Shown in pieces: positions 1 to 13,560 of a DNA stretch of 64,000 nt. The notes under the pieces were generated by a model. That model saw only the letters and a list, made by a program, of their open reading frames with translations. It did not search any database and was not told the DNA's origin. Position numbers and translations under genes: made by a program. Source of the stretch: Balanoglossus misakiensis (Eukaryota; Animalia; Hemichordata). The stretch covers positions 5,148,156-5,212,155 of the forward strand of contig CM082588.2 of the NCBI GenBank assembly GCA_040954595.2, read 5' to 3'. Numbering within the stretch: the stretch's first letter is position 1; each line of letters opens with the position of its first letter.

Positions 1-3000
1 TTTACCTGGAAACACGTTCCCATAACCAGCAAAAACACACACAGTGTTGCACCCCCAATCTTGAAGACAGCCACAGGCATTCATCAAAACCATCGACTTA
101 AAAATCTTGGGACTGCATTTATCAGTAGCTTTATGTGGTTTTCACAAAGTAAATGAAAACATGTAATGCTGTGGGTGTGTGCACATGTGTGTGTGCTATC
201 AGTTGAAACTCTGCTGGTTGTCAGAACTGAACAGCAATTGCCTGCTTTCACCATTCAGTCTGAATAACTGCTTGTAGCATGTATGTACCCAATGCTATCT
301 TTCGGAAACATCAGCTGATCTTTATGAGGCTGTTACTAACTGCAAGAAGAAGCCAAACACGGTTTCTAGGCCGAGTCCCCAAACTCCGATTTACGACCCA
401 TTACAAAGGCCATTTAACTGATTGCCCCAAACAGAGTGACAATGGGGGCTTCACAATTGAAAAATCAAAATATAATAAATCTCTCCTCAGTTCACGTAGC
501 ACAGAATGCGCCCGTCACACAAAACATTTGAACAACAAAAGACTATTACCAGGGTGTGTTGAAGGAAGAAAAAAAGAATTGCTTTGACAGGGTGGAGAGT
601 GAAATGAAAACTGAAGACGGGGATATACAGTGCAGGTGCTCATGATACTAACCTGCAACACAATGCCATCAAAGCTGATAGGGACTTTCACAGCTTAGGA
701 AACAAGCTCTCTGCCCTGTGTCTGCGGACAGCTCTATGGGAGATAGTGAGGGCCGACTGTATTTAAAAGCAGACGCATTGCCATGGCGGCGGGATCTCTG
801 GACAAAAATTCCTATTATTTTGCACTGGGCCAACTACGACAATACACAAAAAGGACGCGCTGATCCCCATCTTGTGTGATATTGTAATGAAATGCCTAAT
901 CAAAGGCAGGAGATAAATCATCCAATCGTAACCAAATCTGTTTATTAGGTAATCCTTCGAAGTCCGATAAACAGTCCTGAGTGAGGTTTGGGAAGCGGGC
1001 CAAGAATTGTACTTTGGCTAGGTCAGACTCTTTGTTACACATGCACTCCAACCTGTGTCAGAGTGTTACAGCCTGACTTTGAGCTCAAGACAATGCGGAA
1101 TATTCCAATGCGAAGTACAGACAGGGGGAACAAGCAACACACTGAAAGACATTTGTTTTGAAAAAAAAGTAGACGACTTGTTTTTGGCTCCACAGGACAT
1201 GGAGGAGACTGCGGAACGGAAAACGGACAATGCACAAAGGAAAGAACAGAGCAAAAGAAACAAAGAATTGGAGAACAATAGGTTTGCGGGTGTCGCGGGA
1301 GTAACCGACCGATGTCTTTAAGATATAACCGCAGATTATCACTCTCGAAAGACAGCCCATCAATTAGCCGAAATGCAACACAAAGTTGGTTTAATTACAG
1401 AGAATTGAAACCCTTCATTTGGCCAGATCATCTCTGCTGGATCCCCCGCACTGTACGGTTCCCAAGTCCCGTTTTGTCCGACAAACAACAATTTGGCACA
1501 AATCCAAATAAAGCCAGAGAGGCATGGAAAGCTTCTCTTGCTAGACGGACTCTGAGACACAATTTGTTACCATGGAAATCAGAAATCACAGTGGTGTAAC
1601 AGACCAGTTAAAGGCATCCATGACAGAACCTGAAAGAATTGTCTACTCCTTGTTTTTTATTCAGTAAGGACAAATTGATATTGAAGACGCAGCTGTATAG
1701 TGCAAATCTCTAATGAACAAAGTCTTCACGAAATCTGTTCTCAGATAATAACTGCAGCACTAGGTGTACTTTCCTAACTTTCCAGATCAAGATTTAAAAA
1801 GTCCTTTCTACGAAACTTTTTTTTGTTGCAACTGACGAGTTTCAGGCTTTGGTCTGGTGCCAAACTAACAGCACAAAGAAAATCAAACTTTTTACAAAGT
1901 CTATCATTGTCTCACACTTGATATATTTATAGCTATTCCCCAAAGTCTCTCCCAAATGGGCAGTAATGTCTTAGGGCTTGATTTTTACTACCCATGCTAT
2001 TGTTATTCCTTCTTTTGTTTTCCAGAATTCCAAGTTGTTGCGAGTTTTCGTAAGTAACTTTCAAAAAGTCTCCCATTTTGAATCTTTTTGCAAGGATCTA
2101 CTCCATCAGCTCAAAAAGTTAATGAAATATTTGTTTACATGCTATGCACACAGGATATGATTTGGTATGCACAAAAACGTGCAGATCCTTCATCATATAC
2201 TGGTAGCACTGATGAAGACAATCTAGAGATGGATCCTATTACAGACCGACAAATGAATGCATTAAACCGTGTAAATTTGTCTGGACATGACATGTATTCC
2301 TGAGACGCAGTGAGCGTTCGGTCAATGAAACAGTCAGCGGCAAACTAGCTGGCTGCCCGGATCACAATGCCATTGTTGGGCCGATTGTTCGATTATTTGT
2401 CCTTTGGGAAATTCGAGATGGCTGAGGGACACAGACCATGCATGAAGCGACTTGGGGGAGAGAGGGAGAAGACACTGGCTTCTAATCTCTATGCTGTGTA
2501 TACAGACACATTGACTGGTATGAGCTGAGGAAAACAGATCGTAGTACGCGAGACTCACAGACATGAGAGGAAAAGAAACGTTATATGCCGTTACCTTAGT
2601 CTCACTGCTAGTCAACAGCATGTACCTGTCTGTTGATATCTCGAGGCCATAGAATCTTTTCCAGCAAAGACAGATGTGTACCGAACTGTGTGTGAAGTGG
2701 CTGGATTTGGGGCAATCATGTTATCTGTTATTTCACCAGCTTATGTAACGATTTGTTCATATTTTACATCGGCTACACTGTGATAATCCAGCCCACAACT
2801 ACCTGGTTTTCGCAAATCCTGGCAATAGCCTCAAGGCCAGATTGCTATGCTTGCCTGGCCCATTTTTCACACACAATAGCCTTAACTTTCACTTGTACAT
2901 TTAGAGATTTGCACCACAGGACACTAAAGTGTAGAAAAACTTTTAATCTGTATGTAGTACCGAAACAGTGACTTTAGTAAATCCACTTGGCTTTGAAATG

Positions 3001-6000
3001 CTTTTTTTTTCAAACTGTGTCTGCACTCAGACAAATCTCAAGTTGATGAATGCAACCTGACTGCACACTTTGTTGCTAAATTGCCAGGGACACCCCCACG
3101 TAGATTTATCTGCTTTCACTAACGGAACCAGGGTAAATCCTCCCCTCTAACTGTGTCTGTGATAAAGGCATCTGAACAAGGCATTAAGCTGAGGAGAGTG
3201 TCTTGCTTGTTTGGTCATGTTCAGAGGTGCGGGAGGTAAGAGCAACAACAATGATGGGGAGGGAGGATACTTGCCCCTGCCCCTTCCCACCCCACAATAC
3301 ATCAACTACTACGTCCACGTGATGTGGCTAGCACGTGGAGATCATGGCGATGAAGTTGGGACTACACACACCGTCGCTTGCATGTCTCGTCACGTCCCAG
3401 TATGAAGGCAACAACAACTTATAGAGGCAGGAAAGGTCATTGACCCAGATCACCTGTACTGGCCATGTGAGCAGTTATTAGCATAAAGGAGTCAGACTTT
3501 GGGATTTAAATTGCATAACTGCCTCTCGAGAAATATCAACAGAAGTCTTCGTTGTTATGCATAAATGTGGCGTCTATACTTTGAGTCTGGCATCACATGT
3601 TGAATTATGAAATTGCCATCATAACATAATTTCATAAATTTAACACAATGCTAGACTTGGAGTAAAGAATAACAACAATCATGAATGGTGGGGAGGGAGG
3701 GTGGTTGACCCCCCCCTCCTCTGCATTCATCTAACCCAGACACCCACCCACTACGAGAAAAAGAGTGTATGCACTTCATTGTATTCCAACCCTTGGTATA
3801 TTACGCAAGTTTTACTGTACATGTATATTTGACCAGGGCTTCCAAGGACTTGCTTTCAAAGTCACTTTCCAGGCCCTATCATCATCAGCAGTCAGGCATC
3901 GCCTTGTCTTCCACTTCGCACTCCCATTGATAATTCTGTACAGTTCCATTATTCTTCCTCTAAGTGAATCTTAAAGGTCCTCTGGAATGTTGTTCACTTC
4001 ATCAGACTATCTCTCAGTGCCTTTTTTGTTATAGTTGTTCCCCTGTTGTCCATGGCAACAGTCTCAGAATGATAACCTGTGATGAGGTACTGCTAATTAA
4101 AGACGTAACAGCTGCGACCCGTCTTCTTTGTCAATAAAATTAAAACATCTGCCATCATCTCTAATCGGTAACCTAATTATGATCTCTCGATGCCAACTAC
4201 TCCAGGCCTCATGTCAACCTCACTGCAGGTTTAGATCAGCATTGTGTTTTTAAAGGTCAACTTTTGTCTACATGTGTCCTCTTCTTTTGGAAGCGGAGGG
4301 GAGGAAGAGGGGATCGAAGGAATGCCCTGGCAAATTGACAAAGCTTCCAAGGTCTTAAGAACAAAATCCCTCCCCAAGCCAGCTAACCAACAGACTGTTC
4401 TCCTGCAAGATATACCGTGTTTCTCCTTGTTACGCCCAGGGGCCTGAAAATGCTTAATTGGGAAATGATGGGTGGGTTCGTGCCCAAGCACCCATCTTGG
4501 TATTAAATGTTATCATTGCAAATTTGCTGAAGTGGGTGGGCTCCCAGCTAAGCATACATGTAGACCCTGGTTACCCACTACTTATCAAGGCCTACAAATT
4601 TAGAAACCAAAATTGTTTGTCTACAGATAGTAAGAAGTCTGCAGTTTGTCTGGATGACTTATTTCTCCTGAAACAAAGGGGAATGCCCAGTACACAGACT
4701 AATTATACTCCAGACCTGTAATTACACTCTCCTTGGTTTCCCTGGATACGCTATGAAACCGCAGACAACCACAGTGTTCAGTGCAGTCCCTCAGATAACC
4801 AATGTCTGATCTGCAATCACCAGTGTGAGCTTTTAATTTCACTCATGATTAAAAAGTATTATTAGTGGGATCTTGTGTTTAATAATGACAACAAGATACA
4901 ACCCCAGGGTCTGCATTTGTATTCAAATGTTTGTGGTCTGCGAGTCAAAGGTCAGAGACATGAATGTGTATTAGACCAAAGAAATAAGTTCTCATATGAA
5001 ACAAAACAAATTTAGATAACCTCCAAAGCAGTCTGCCCACTGAACCCTATAATAACATTTCACCAACACACAAAAAACTCTTAGTGATGACACAAATAAT
5101 AATTGTATTACATTTGATATGTGACTAGAGCTGATTAATTTGTTAAAATCCACGAATCACAAAAAATGTTTAGAAAGTGCACACTGCCTCAAGATAAGAC
5201 TGTCATCAAAAGGATAAATACCCCCCCCCCTCCCTTCATCACAAGGACTTCTTGAAGCAAGTGTTACTCACACTTGGCAATGGTTCAAAGACACACTGCC
5301 CGTCGTATTGTCCAGTACAAGGCCATTACGCAATGACGTTGTGCGAGTTACTCGTGAACGTGCTACAGTTAGATTCGAGGAATTTTTACAGAAGGATTCT
5401 GCTGAGTTCTTTTGCGTGTGCGAGATTTTGTTTTCTTCTTACACAGCGGAGCGACAGCAGTGGTCGGATAATTGACCATGTGGCATTATTTTCGGAAAAA
5501 ATTTGCTTATGAAACAGAGTTCTTACGAAACAAAAAAAATTCTGATGACAAGCAAATACACCCCAGCAACTTCCCATTGTGTGTCCATTCCAATTCCAAA
5601 GTTTACTTTTTTACTCTCTCAATAGACATGACTCTGAGTCACAGCGCAAAGATTTTTTCTCTGCCAGTCTTTCAGTTTTTGGAACATGGTATGGATATTA
5701 CCTGTCTTGTAGAGCTCTCCTTGTACAGACGAGCAAAATGCTGGCCATGTGCCAGCACTTTTATAGCACACTGCTAGCACAACCCCAGCACATCTTTAGC
5801 ACCACGTTCATACAAGCTGGGCATATTGCCAATAATGAGGTATAAATGGTTGCAATCGTGGCACTGTTTTAGATGGGTGGGTGGGGGGTTAGGAGCTTCT
5901 GTGAATGCCAGCACAGTACTCATACTCATAGTGCGTGTAGTACATCCTTAATTACAAATATGCTAAGGAAACGCAAACAGTATAAAAACATGTTGTAAAT

Positions 6001-6087
6001 GACACCAGAAGGAATGCCAAGTGCTTGCATGCATATCCGTACTACTGCACGTATCTGTATATACACACAAAACGAAAGATGACCTAC

Positions 6088-6201
6088 CTCGTTCAGATCT
6101 GTTATTTCGTTTTCTGCTAACGACAGGATTTCGATTCCGTTCGGAAAATAGGGCGCAGCACCTCGTAAGGAAGTCAATATATTGCCATGAAGTAATAAAG
6201 T
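6088..6201 (-). CDS. CEP97: CEP97 coding exon 5 (114 nt, LRR)
   Basis: tttcag|ACT...GAG|gtagg; encodes [38 protein letters not shown], matching vertebrate CEP97 [13 protein letters not shown]...[14 protein letters not shown] (recalled); phase 0-0. Confidence 0.95.
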
Positions 6202-6529
6202 CTGAAATAAGAAAGACGGTTGGAATATTGAGCTTGGATTACGAGCCGGTGAGTCGATGTGTAAAACTTGAAGAGGAATTCCACAGGTTGTCTGAAGTAG
6301 TGTCGTAACAAGACTGTTGGCAATATAAAACTTCACTTGATATTTATAGTGTAGTCGCACAGTTTTTAAGAGGTGACGGATGGTTTATTTTGGTTAGTTA
6401 CACATACTGGCACTACCAGTGGCGAGACTACTGGTGCAGAGTACAAGACTTGTTCTTATATGCGAAGGTATAAGAGTTCAATTTCAGGTCATACCATTTT
6501 CCGGGGAATTCCAACATGACAGTTTTTGC

Positions 6530-6820
6530 CATACTATTTTTCTAGGAGGGGTGAGTTTCGGGTTACAACATGCTGTACAGGTACAGCGACATAATACTTA
6601 TGTCACAAGCGTGGGCATCTATAATCACGTTTTTGATCAATTTCCTGGAAAACTTCCTCCTTCACTTGTATTGAGCGTAATTTTGAGTATTTCGTGAAAC
6701 AAGGCTCAGACATTATTTTGTAGGAGGGGTGTGGTTACAGGTGACAACACGTGCAAGTCACAAGAACGTGTATCAGGCATGTTTTGGATCAATTAGTTCA
6801 AGAACTTCCTCATTCATTTG
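6530..6820. repeat. Old diverged local duplication (~180-bp offset)
   Basis: Shared blocks TAGGAGGGGTG, GTCACAAG, GTTTT.GATCAATT and AACTTCCTC.TTCA.TTGT occur in the same order at ~6530-6670 and ~6711-6820. Confidence 0.6.
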
Positions 6821-7960
6821 TTGTACATATGTGAAGCAGTACCAGAGAACGTCAACTGTTTGGACTGAACCATGGTTTTGAAAGGGTTATTATCGAAGGT
6901 TACTGTATCTGAGACTTACAGAGTAACCTGAATGGATCTATATCAGTTTGGTGTACGATGCACATGTACATAGTCACAGTGTGTAGAGGCCAGACTATTT
7001 AAAGGGCCATATCCTCATTACAACAAGGATGTGTGTGTATGTCTATGGGAGATGGGGAGGGGAGGGGTCAGTAATGGAAATCCCCTACTTCATGCACTGT
7101 AAGGTTATGTTTCCTGATCTCTTTAACTTCCTCTCTTACTCGCCTGGTCATCTTCGACCAATTCTGTCCGTCTCTATGTTGCTTTGAAATGTCCCCCTTT
7201 TGCCGTTCTCAATGTCTCAAGAAATTACCACACAGAAGTGCTCAAGGCTCAACAGACAATAAACGTTGTCGGCAAAAACATCAAAGTGTTGACCGAGAAA
7301 AATAGACACAATTTTTACAACCATTTAGCAAATAGATGCCACAGGGGAATAGCATTGACTATTTGTAACTGAGGCAAACACTTGGACTGAGCACTTTTTT
7401 TGACATTCCGATTCCCTTGTAAGGCGTGTGTAAAAACACTATCATTGTCGGCACCGAACTCAAATGTTTGATAGGTAGAATACACATGCTACAAAAGCAA
7501 TGTGGGTGTGTTGTACAAACTGTTTTGCCATGATGTGTAATTGGGAACTGTCAACACATTTGCTCTATTTTGACTGACTTTGGATGAAAAAACAGCCCAG
7601 ACTGCAGGTGCATTCCTGATGAATGGAAACCTATTCAGTTTAAATGTACGGGTATAATTTTTGCAGGACACAAAGGCCATAAATACGGTTCGTTTTTGAA
7701 GTTCTGATATTACGACAACTACATGAACATGACAGTCATCTGTTGTATGCTGGACATATACTAGATATAGCATATTAACACAGCTGTTTTTACTGGGCTG
7801 CACACTTATGATTAATGATGCCTATATACACAGCCAGACATGAGACCAACATCTGACACTGAAGAGGGTGAGCACGTTCTCCGTGACCCCTGACCTCAGT
7901 GAAATGATAGTATGACCTCTGACCCCAATCCACTGCTATGAGCATGACTTCTCCACTCAC

Positions 7961-8062
7961 CTTGAGATTGCTAAGATATGATAGGTCTGCTATTGCTGCT
8001 ATACTGTTGTCGGACAGGTCCAAGTGTTTCAGCTTCAAATTAGTACTCAAATTTTCAATATT
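7961..8062 (-). CDS. CEP97: CEP97 coding exon 4 (102 nt, LRR)
   Basis: catttcag|AAT...AAG|gtgagt; encodes NIENLSTNLKLKHLDLSDNSIAAIADLSYLSNLK with the HLDLSDN motif of CEP97; phase 0-0. Confidence 0.95.
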
Positions 8063-11000
8063 CTGAAATGAGAACAAACACAAAAATAATCTTGTTTGTT
8101 TTTCTCTTTTAACAAAACCTGTTACAAAAGTATTGTTTCATATTATACCAGTAGGTATGTTCACATGCTCATTGATAGCTTTTGCACACTCGAGAAATTC
8201 ATGTATATAAGTGACATCATGTCCTGTTGAATGTAATTATACTGATCCCCATGATGGCTAGACTCTGTCTGTACATATATACCTTTTTTCTGAGCCATGA
8301 ATCCCTTTAAGTCTTCCCAAATAAAAACAAGCAACCATGCAACATGTAATACTGTGTCCTCAAGTTGAACTTTGCAAGAACAGGATACGGAAAACACGAC
8401 GACTTGATCAGGACACAACAAAACACCTCCACTATGCAACGTTTGTATGCTCTCGCCGTCTCAAAACAATTAATCCTCTCCAAATAATAATATCTGTCAA
8501 TGATTCATCTGTTTTGAGGCCTTGTAGTCACGGCAACAGCAATGGCGGATGTCACCACAGGTCTGTGACTCGGCTATACACTTAACAACGATCCCCCCTC
8601 CCACTAACAGACATACTAACCAGGAAGTGTATCCACAACAAACTCAGTGTAGTGGGGATTTTCCCTCAGGCCATACTTTACAGGGCATAAAATGGTTTAA
8701 ATATAACTATGAAGCGGACAAACAGGCAATAAAACACAGTCCGGACAATATAGCAAACCCATGATGTGTGAAACCCATGAAACTGCCCACGGGTCCCCGG
8801 TCTTTTCAACACTTCCTCTGATTTCTGTTTCATTTGAAAAAGAAGACAACTATAATTGCCCACTATGATGAAGTGTGTTTGTTCTCCGCCCACCTGTTCT
8901 AAAGAAGTCTACCGAGCGCTAAGATGGCCACCTAAAGGTGCTCTACTGAAAACAATTATTAAATCAGTCCCTTTGTGTGCTGTACTCATCAATTACAAAC
9001 AAGTGTCATAGAGCATTTTTCGGCAAACTGTGCACGTTTCTAACTCTGTGACATGACAGGAAAACTTGTCTGTGTTCGGCAACCTGTAACTGGAACGATT
9101 AGAAACGCTGAAAATTACAGACTTGCTGCACAAAGTCAGGTGTCCGAAATGTGAGCATGGGTCACGTCGTGCTGATTCTTCGCGACGTCAAGAAATTTCA
9201 CTCTTCAATGGTCTGTTACACTTTCAAACACCCAATACGTCTTACGACGACAGAAGAACTATTTCAAATTCGTGGACTCCTTCCAAAACAGAGAAGCTAC
9301 CCTCAGATGAAGCTGCGGAGTTCTTGTTTTGAAAACAGATTTTTACAAACTCATCATCTCGTAATTCCTGTGTCCCCTTACCCTTTTCACAGACTTGGGG
9401 TCAAATATTAACCAGCTCTATTTCTCCTGTCTCAAAGTTTCAACTTTTATTACTCCATTGGAAAATTAGGGGACAATTTGCATTATTGCATTCGGTAATT
9501 ACTACAGGGATGATGACAGTGCCCTCACAGGTAAAAGAAAGCCATGAGAGACTTAAAGTCTGTTTTCAATTCAAGTTCTCCCCTACATTGTCCACACACA
9601 TCAGAGTGAATGGCAGGCCAGTTGGACCACATCCAAGTTGAACAAGGTGACCGATGTCCGAAACCCCGGCACTAATCAGATATACACACAACAGATCAAA
9701 CAAATGCGCTGTGCAGCGTCTGCGATGGACGCCCGATTTTTTCAGACAGGCCTTGTTTGTTAGACCAACCAAATACAGCAAACAAACCCTCCTTCCCATC
9801 AGTAATTACGCCTCACATCACACAGCTACCGTGGCACACTTTTTTTTTTTCAAAGCGGCAGAACGCCTCGATACAGTAACAATACCCGCACTTTATCATG
9901 GAGTGATTCTCAAAAACTCCCATATTTACTTTCAAAACTGCCCCGCACAATAAACTATTGTGTCTGCGATTTTTTTTTTCTGCAAAAGTTTTGTTAAGTC
10001 CCTCTTGACAAAGGGGTTGTTATTTGAAATGCAAAATAAAAAAGAAATCTTGCAACTGTGCCAGATATTGGTGTTGTATGCAAGGCCATCGACAAATTCT
10101 GGCACTTGGCCAATCCGTGCGGCACCAAGACCCGTACGTACAACAAAACTTTCCCCCCCCCCCCTCCGTGGTGACTTCAGATTGAGTCTCGACCGCACTC
10201 AAACCACCAGTGTCAACAACCGCGGTCATCGCGCCACAATGCGACCCGTCTCTCCAAATAACCCAAGCAAGCGCTGTGCAAATGTGCCGTATTTATCCTG
10301 TATCAATATTACAAACACCTCTGAACTCAACAAATCTGGAATCGCGCTCGAGAGACACACACAAGGCCAGAGTGCAACACCAATTGCCTATAAGCTCTAA
10401 AATTAGTATCATAATAGTTTGCTGGCTTTGCATCTTATTCTGCTGAAATGCTATTTACCAATCCAATTGTCTCTCACAGAACAACACTCCACAGCCACTC
10501 TGACTCATAAGTGCAAAGCTTTTAACTTTCTCAAATGCAGGTTCTAGACGCCACTATTTAGGTTTCATTTCCAACCCCAGTAAAATATGAATTTTATCAC
10601 TTATTGACATGAGAATGATCATGAGTCCTTTTTAACAACCCTCCCCCGTAACACCATGTGTGCATGTGTTTTAATTATCAATGGCCTTCAAGGGAGGACT
10701 TTGCAACCTTCGTTACATCCTCTCCTTAAAGGACTACAACATCACCTCTAATTAATGAGTGCCCATATATGGTTAAAGGGGAATGTCTAAGTCTTAATGA
10801 CTACTGGTAAGTGCATGGTGGCACACTTTGCCTTCAGAGGGCAGCAGTGACCATTTTCTATGGTAACGGTGGCTAAATTTGCATATGAGTAGTTGACCAT
10901 ATACCATTAAGATGGGGGATTTTGACAGGAATTTTTAATACTCACGCTACAATTTATAGTGTTTTCCCTTCCACTCCTTCAGACGATCTGAAGTCGGACA

Positions 11001-11463
11001 CAATATTTTATGCACTCACTTCCATTAAACCGGCTTGTAAAAAAACCCACTGTTCAGACATACTGGTAGTCCTCACAACAGACAAACAAGACCGGAAAAA
11101 AACACCCAGTCAATGACACCCGCCAAAACACAACCCGACTGTCCCAACTCTTTTGGGCTTCCTTTTTATTATTTCATACACAACACAAAAACTGTCGCTG
11201 ACATCACTCTGCCGAAAACTTGGCAAACAGCCAGCGTCTACCGGTACTTTTGGCACAAAACCCAGTGCAAGCACTTATAGGTAATACACGCCAACTAACA
11301 CCACTCTAATGGCCGGTAGAACAATCAACGGCCTATAGCTTTATTGATCGCAGTTATCTCATGGATAACAATATTGTTTTGTTTCAGTTCTGTGTTCTCG
11401 CATAAAAACATACTCATTGCTATTTATTCATAATTCCATTACCAGTGGTACTTATTTTAATAA

Positions 11464-12254
11464 GGCTGCATTCACAAACACCTCTGGAGGGGGGGGGCAG
11501 GAGAATTGAGGGGGGGATTTGAAAAAATTGAGGGTATGTAAGGGGGGGATTTGAAATAATTTAGGGACTGAAAGGGGGGGACTTGAAAACTTTAACGACT
11601 AAATATTTATTTTGAGTCCACAAAAATGCAGTTTCGCGCCCTTTATTTTACAAAATTTTCTAATGTGGGAGGGGGACACCCACCCCCTCCATTCATCAAC
11701 ACCTTTCAATCATTGACTAGTTTATCTAGTGTCCCAGGTCAGGGGACTTGCCCCACCCCATGATAACTTTGAGCGGCGACGGTTAAATTTGTCCTCCCCA
11801 ACATACCGGTAGTTGAGTTAATTTGCTTTTGCCGGGTTCATTAAAATGCAGCTTTGAGCTCTGTATTTTAGAAAATTTTCTTACGTGGGAGGGGGACACC
11901 CCCTCCCAAACCCACCCCCTTCAATTCTCAGTTTACAATGTCTCCCAACACAGAATACAAATATATGTACTTAAAAAATAAAAACAATGTTCAGTTTTAA
12001 TACCCACTGATGAGGGGAAACATCAGTTTCAAATTCTTTTCATGGGAGCGCTGTTTTTCTTTTTACAAGATAGATAGGTGATGTGTTTTGCTCTGTGAAA
12101 GAAAATGGGGGGGGGGGGGATTTCAAAATTTTGGCAGTTCGGAAGGGGGGGATTTGAAAATATTGGCAGTTCGGAAGGGGGGCATGTGAAAATTAGCGGT
12201 AAAAAAAATTGAATTCTCCCGCCCCCCCCTCCAGAGGTGTTTGTGAATGCAGCC
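11464..12254. mobile_element. Non-autonomous DNA transposon (MITE), PIF/Harbinger-like, 791 bp
   Basis: Near-perfect ~40-bp TIRs GGCTGCATTCACAAACACCTCTGGAGGGGGGGG(G)C(A/G)GGAGAATT at both ends; TAA at 11461-11463 and 12255-12257 (3-bp TSD); no ORF; internal G-tract subrepeats. Confidence 0.9.
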
Positions 12255-13484
12255 TAAGTTGCTAAACATACATTTCATTTCATGTCACATCAAAATTGCA
12301 CAACTATCCTCACAAGGAATCAAATGATCAAGTTTTTGCTGACCAAGATTACAAACAGTTTTAAGAGCAGTATTTGCATTCGCTGCCATGTTTATTTGAT
12401 GGTAATTTGTCAACATTTACCATATCTCATTAGATAAGCACTATATGCCTTTAAACTGTGTACACAGACCCCTGCATAGTAAAGCCTTATCTTAATAGCT
12501 TTAAATACTGAGCAATCATTTTTGCAGGAGTTAAAAGTTTCTTCCAGAGTTGTTCCTCTATTAAAAATCTACCATACACTTTATTTCCTAATATTAAAAA
12601 CTAGGTATTTATATAATTTCATCTCCGGTACCTGACTTTAATTTTTGCTGTATCATATTTCAGAATACGCTGGAGCAGAAATGTATCGACTAAAGGGATG
12701 TATAAAGACACTCAGCCCATGAAAATATCTGCAACAGTTGATATTAGTGTGGCAAATGAGCTCAGATTGATAATAGTTTCAAATACAAAAGCAATGCCGG
12801 CAATTTGATGAGGAAGTCCCAACCATCAATGTAATCCTCGGATAAGAAACAATGGATTGTCTGGTGGTACTGCCAGTATTGTGGATTACAGTTTCGTAGT
12901 AACAGCAGAGTAGTACGCTACCAGTGATAACTCAGTTGACTGTACATTTAAATGTTTTCTATGAAGCACACTGAGTCATTGTTGTGGGCTTGGGGATCAA
13001 AGTGAGACGTGTGTTTAGTCCAATGATGATATACTGAGATACATTGTACCTGTTCTATTTGTACAATATTTGACCAATGCTCATCATAAAGGGAGCGCAA
13101 CTCGATATCTGGATTGTACATTGATCTTTCAATAGATTTACAATGTGGGCTTGTCTTTAAAAGCCTCTGAGATGATAATATGTGACAAATGTGTTCAACA
13201 TCAGTGCAGATACTACATGTATACATTTGTACATGTACATTGTACCTGCAGGTATCTTTCAGTGAGTAAAGTCTGACTGAACTGAACTTGGCAGATAATT
13301 ACTGATGAAGTCATCCTGTGGAATCTCCATCATCATCGCATAATGCAACCCCAAACTGTTCGTGTATATAAACAGTATAAGCCTATTCTAGTTTCATACA
13401 AATCCTGAATTTGTACTACTCGGCTAACAACCTGAGAGATCTCGCAATGGGCAGAAAGCTATATATTGTATGTCTGTACACCGA

Positions 13485-13560
13485 AAATGAACTCTGGGAG
13501 AGTATGAACGGAAATGAACTCTAACAGAGTTGGCTGTGAAATGAACTCTGCCCAGAGTTA
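13485..13560. repeat. Three-unit array with 27-bp period, AAATGAACTCT-N3/4-AGAGT
   Basis: AAATGAACTCT at 13485, 13512 and 13539; each unit contains the inverted repeat ACTCT/AGAGT. Confidence 0.8.

Noticed and set aside
760-863. TATTTAAAA followed by gccATGGcg and a 26-codon ORF
   Set aside because: The ATG is too close to the TATA-like box to lie within the transcript, and the peptide is unrecognisable.
1196-1281. Purine-rich plus-strand stretch with an AG acceptor (DMEETAERKTDNAQRKEQSKR...) suggesting a nested gene
   Set aside because: Weak donor, no partner exons and no homology; explained by local A/G bias.
1-6087. Search for CEP97 exon 6 (expected ...LSIMNNPC...) and donor-like sites near positions 5 and 650
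   Set aside because: No NNPC-like coding sequence found on the minus strand; exon 6 is presumed beyond the left edge.
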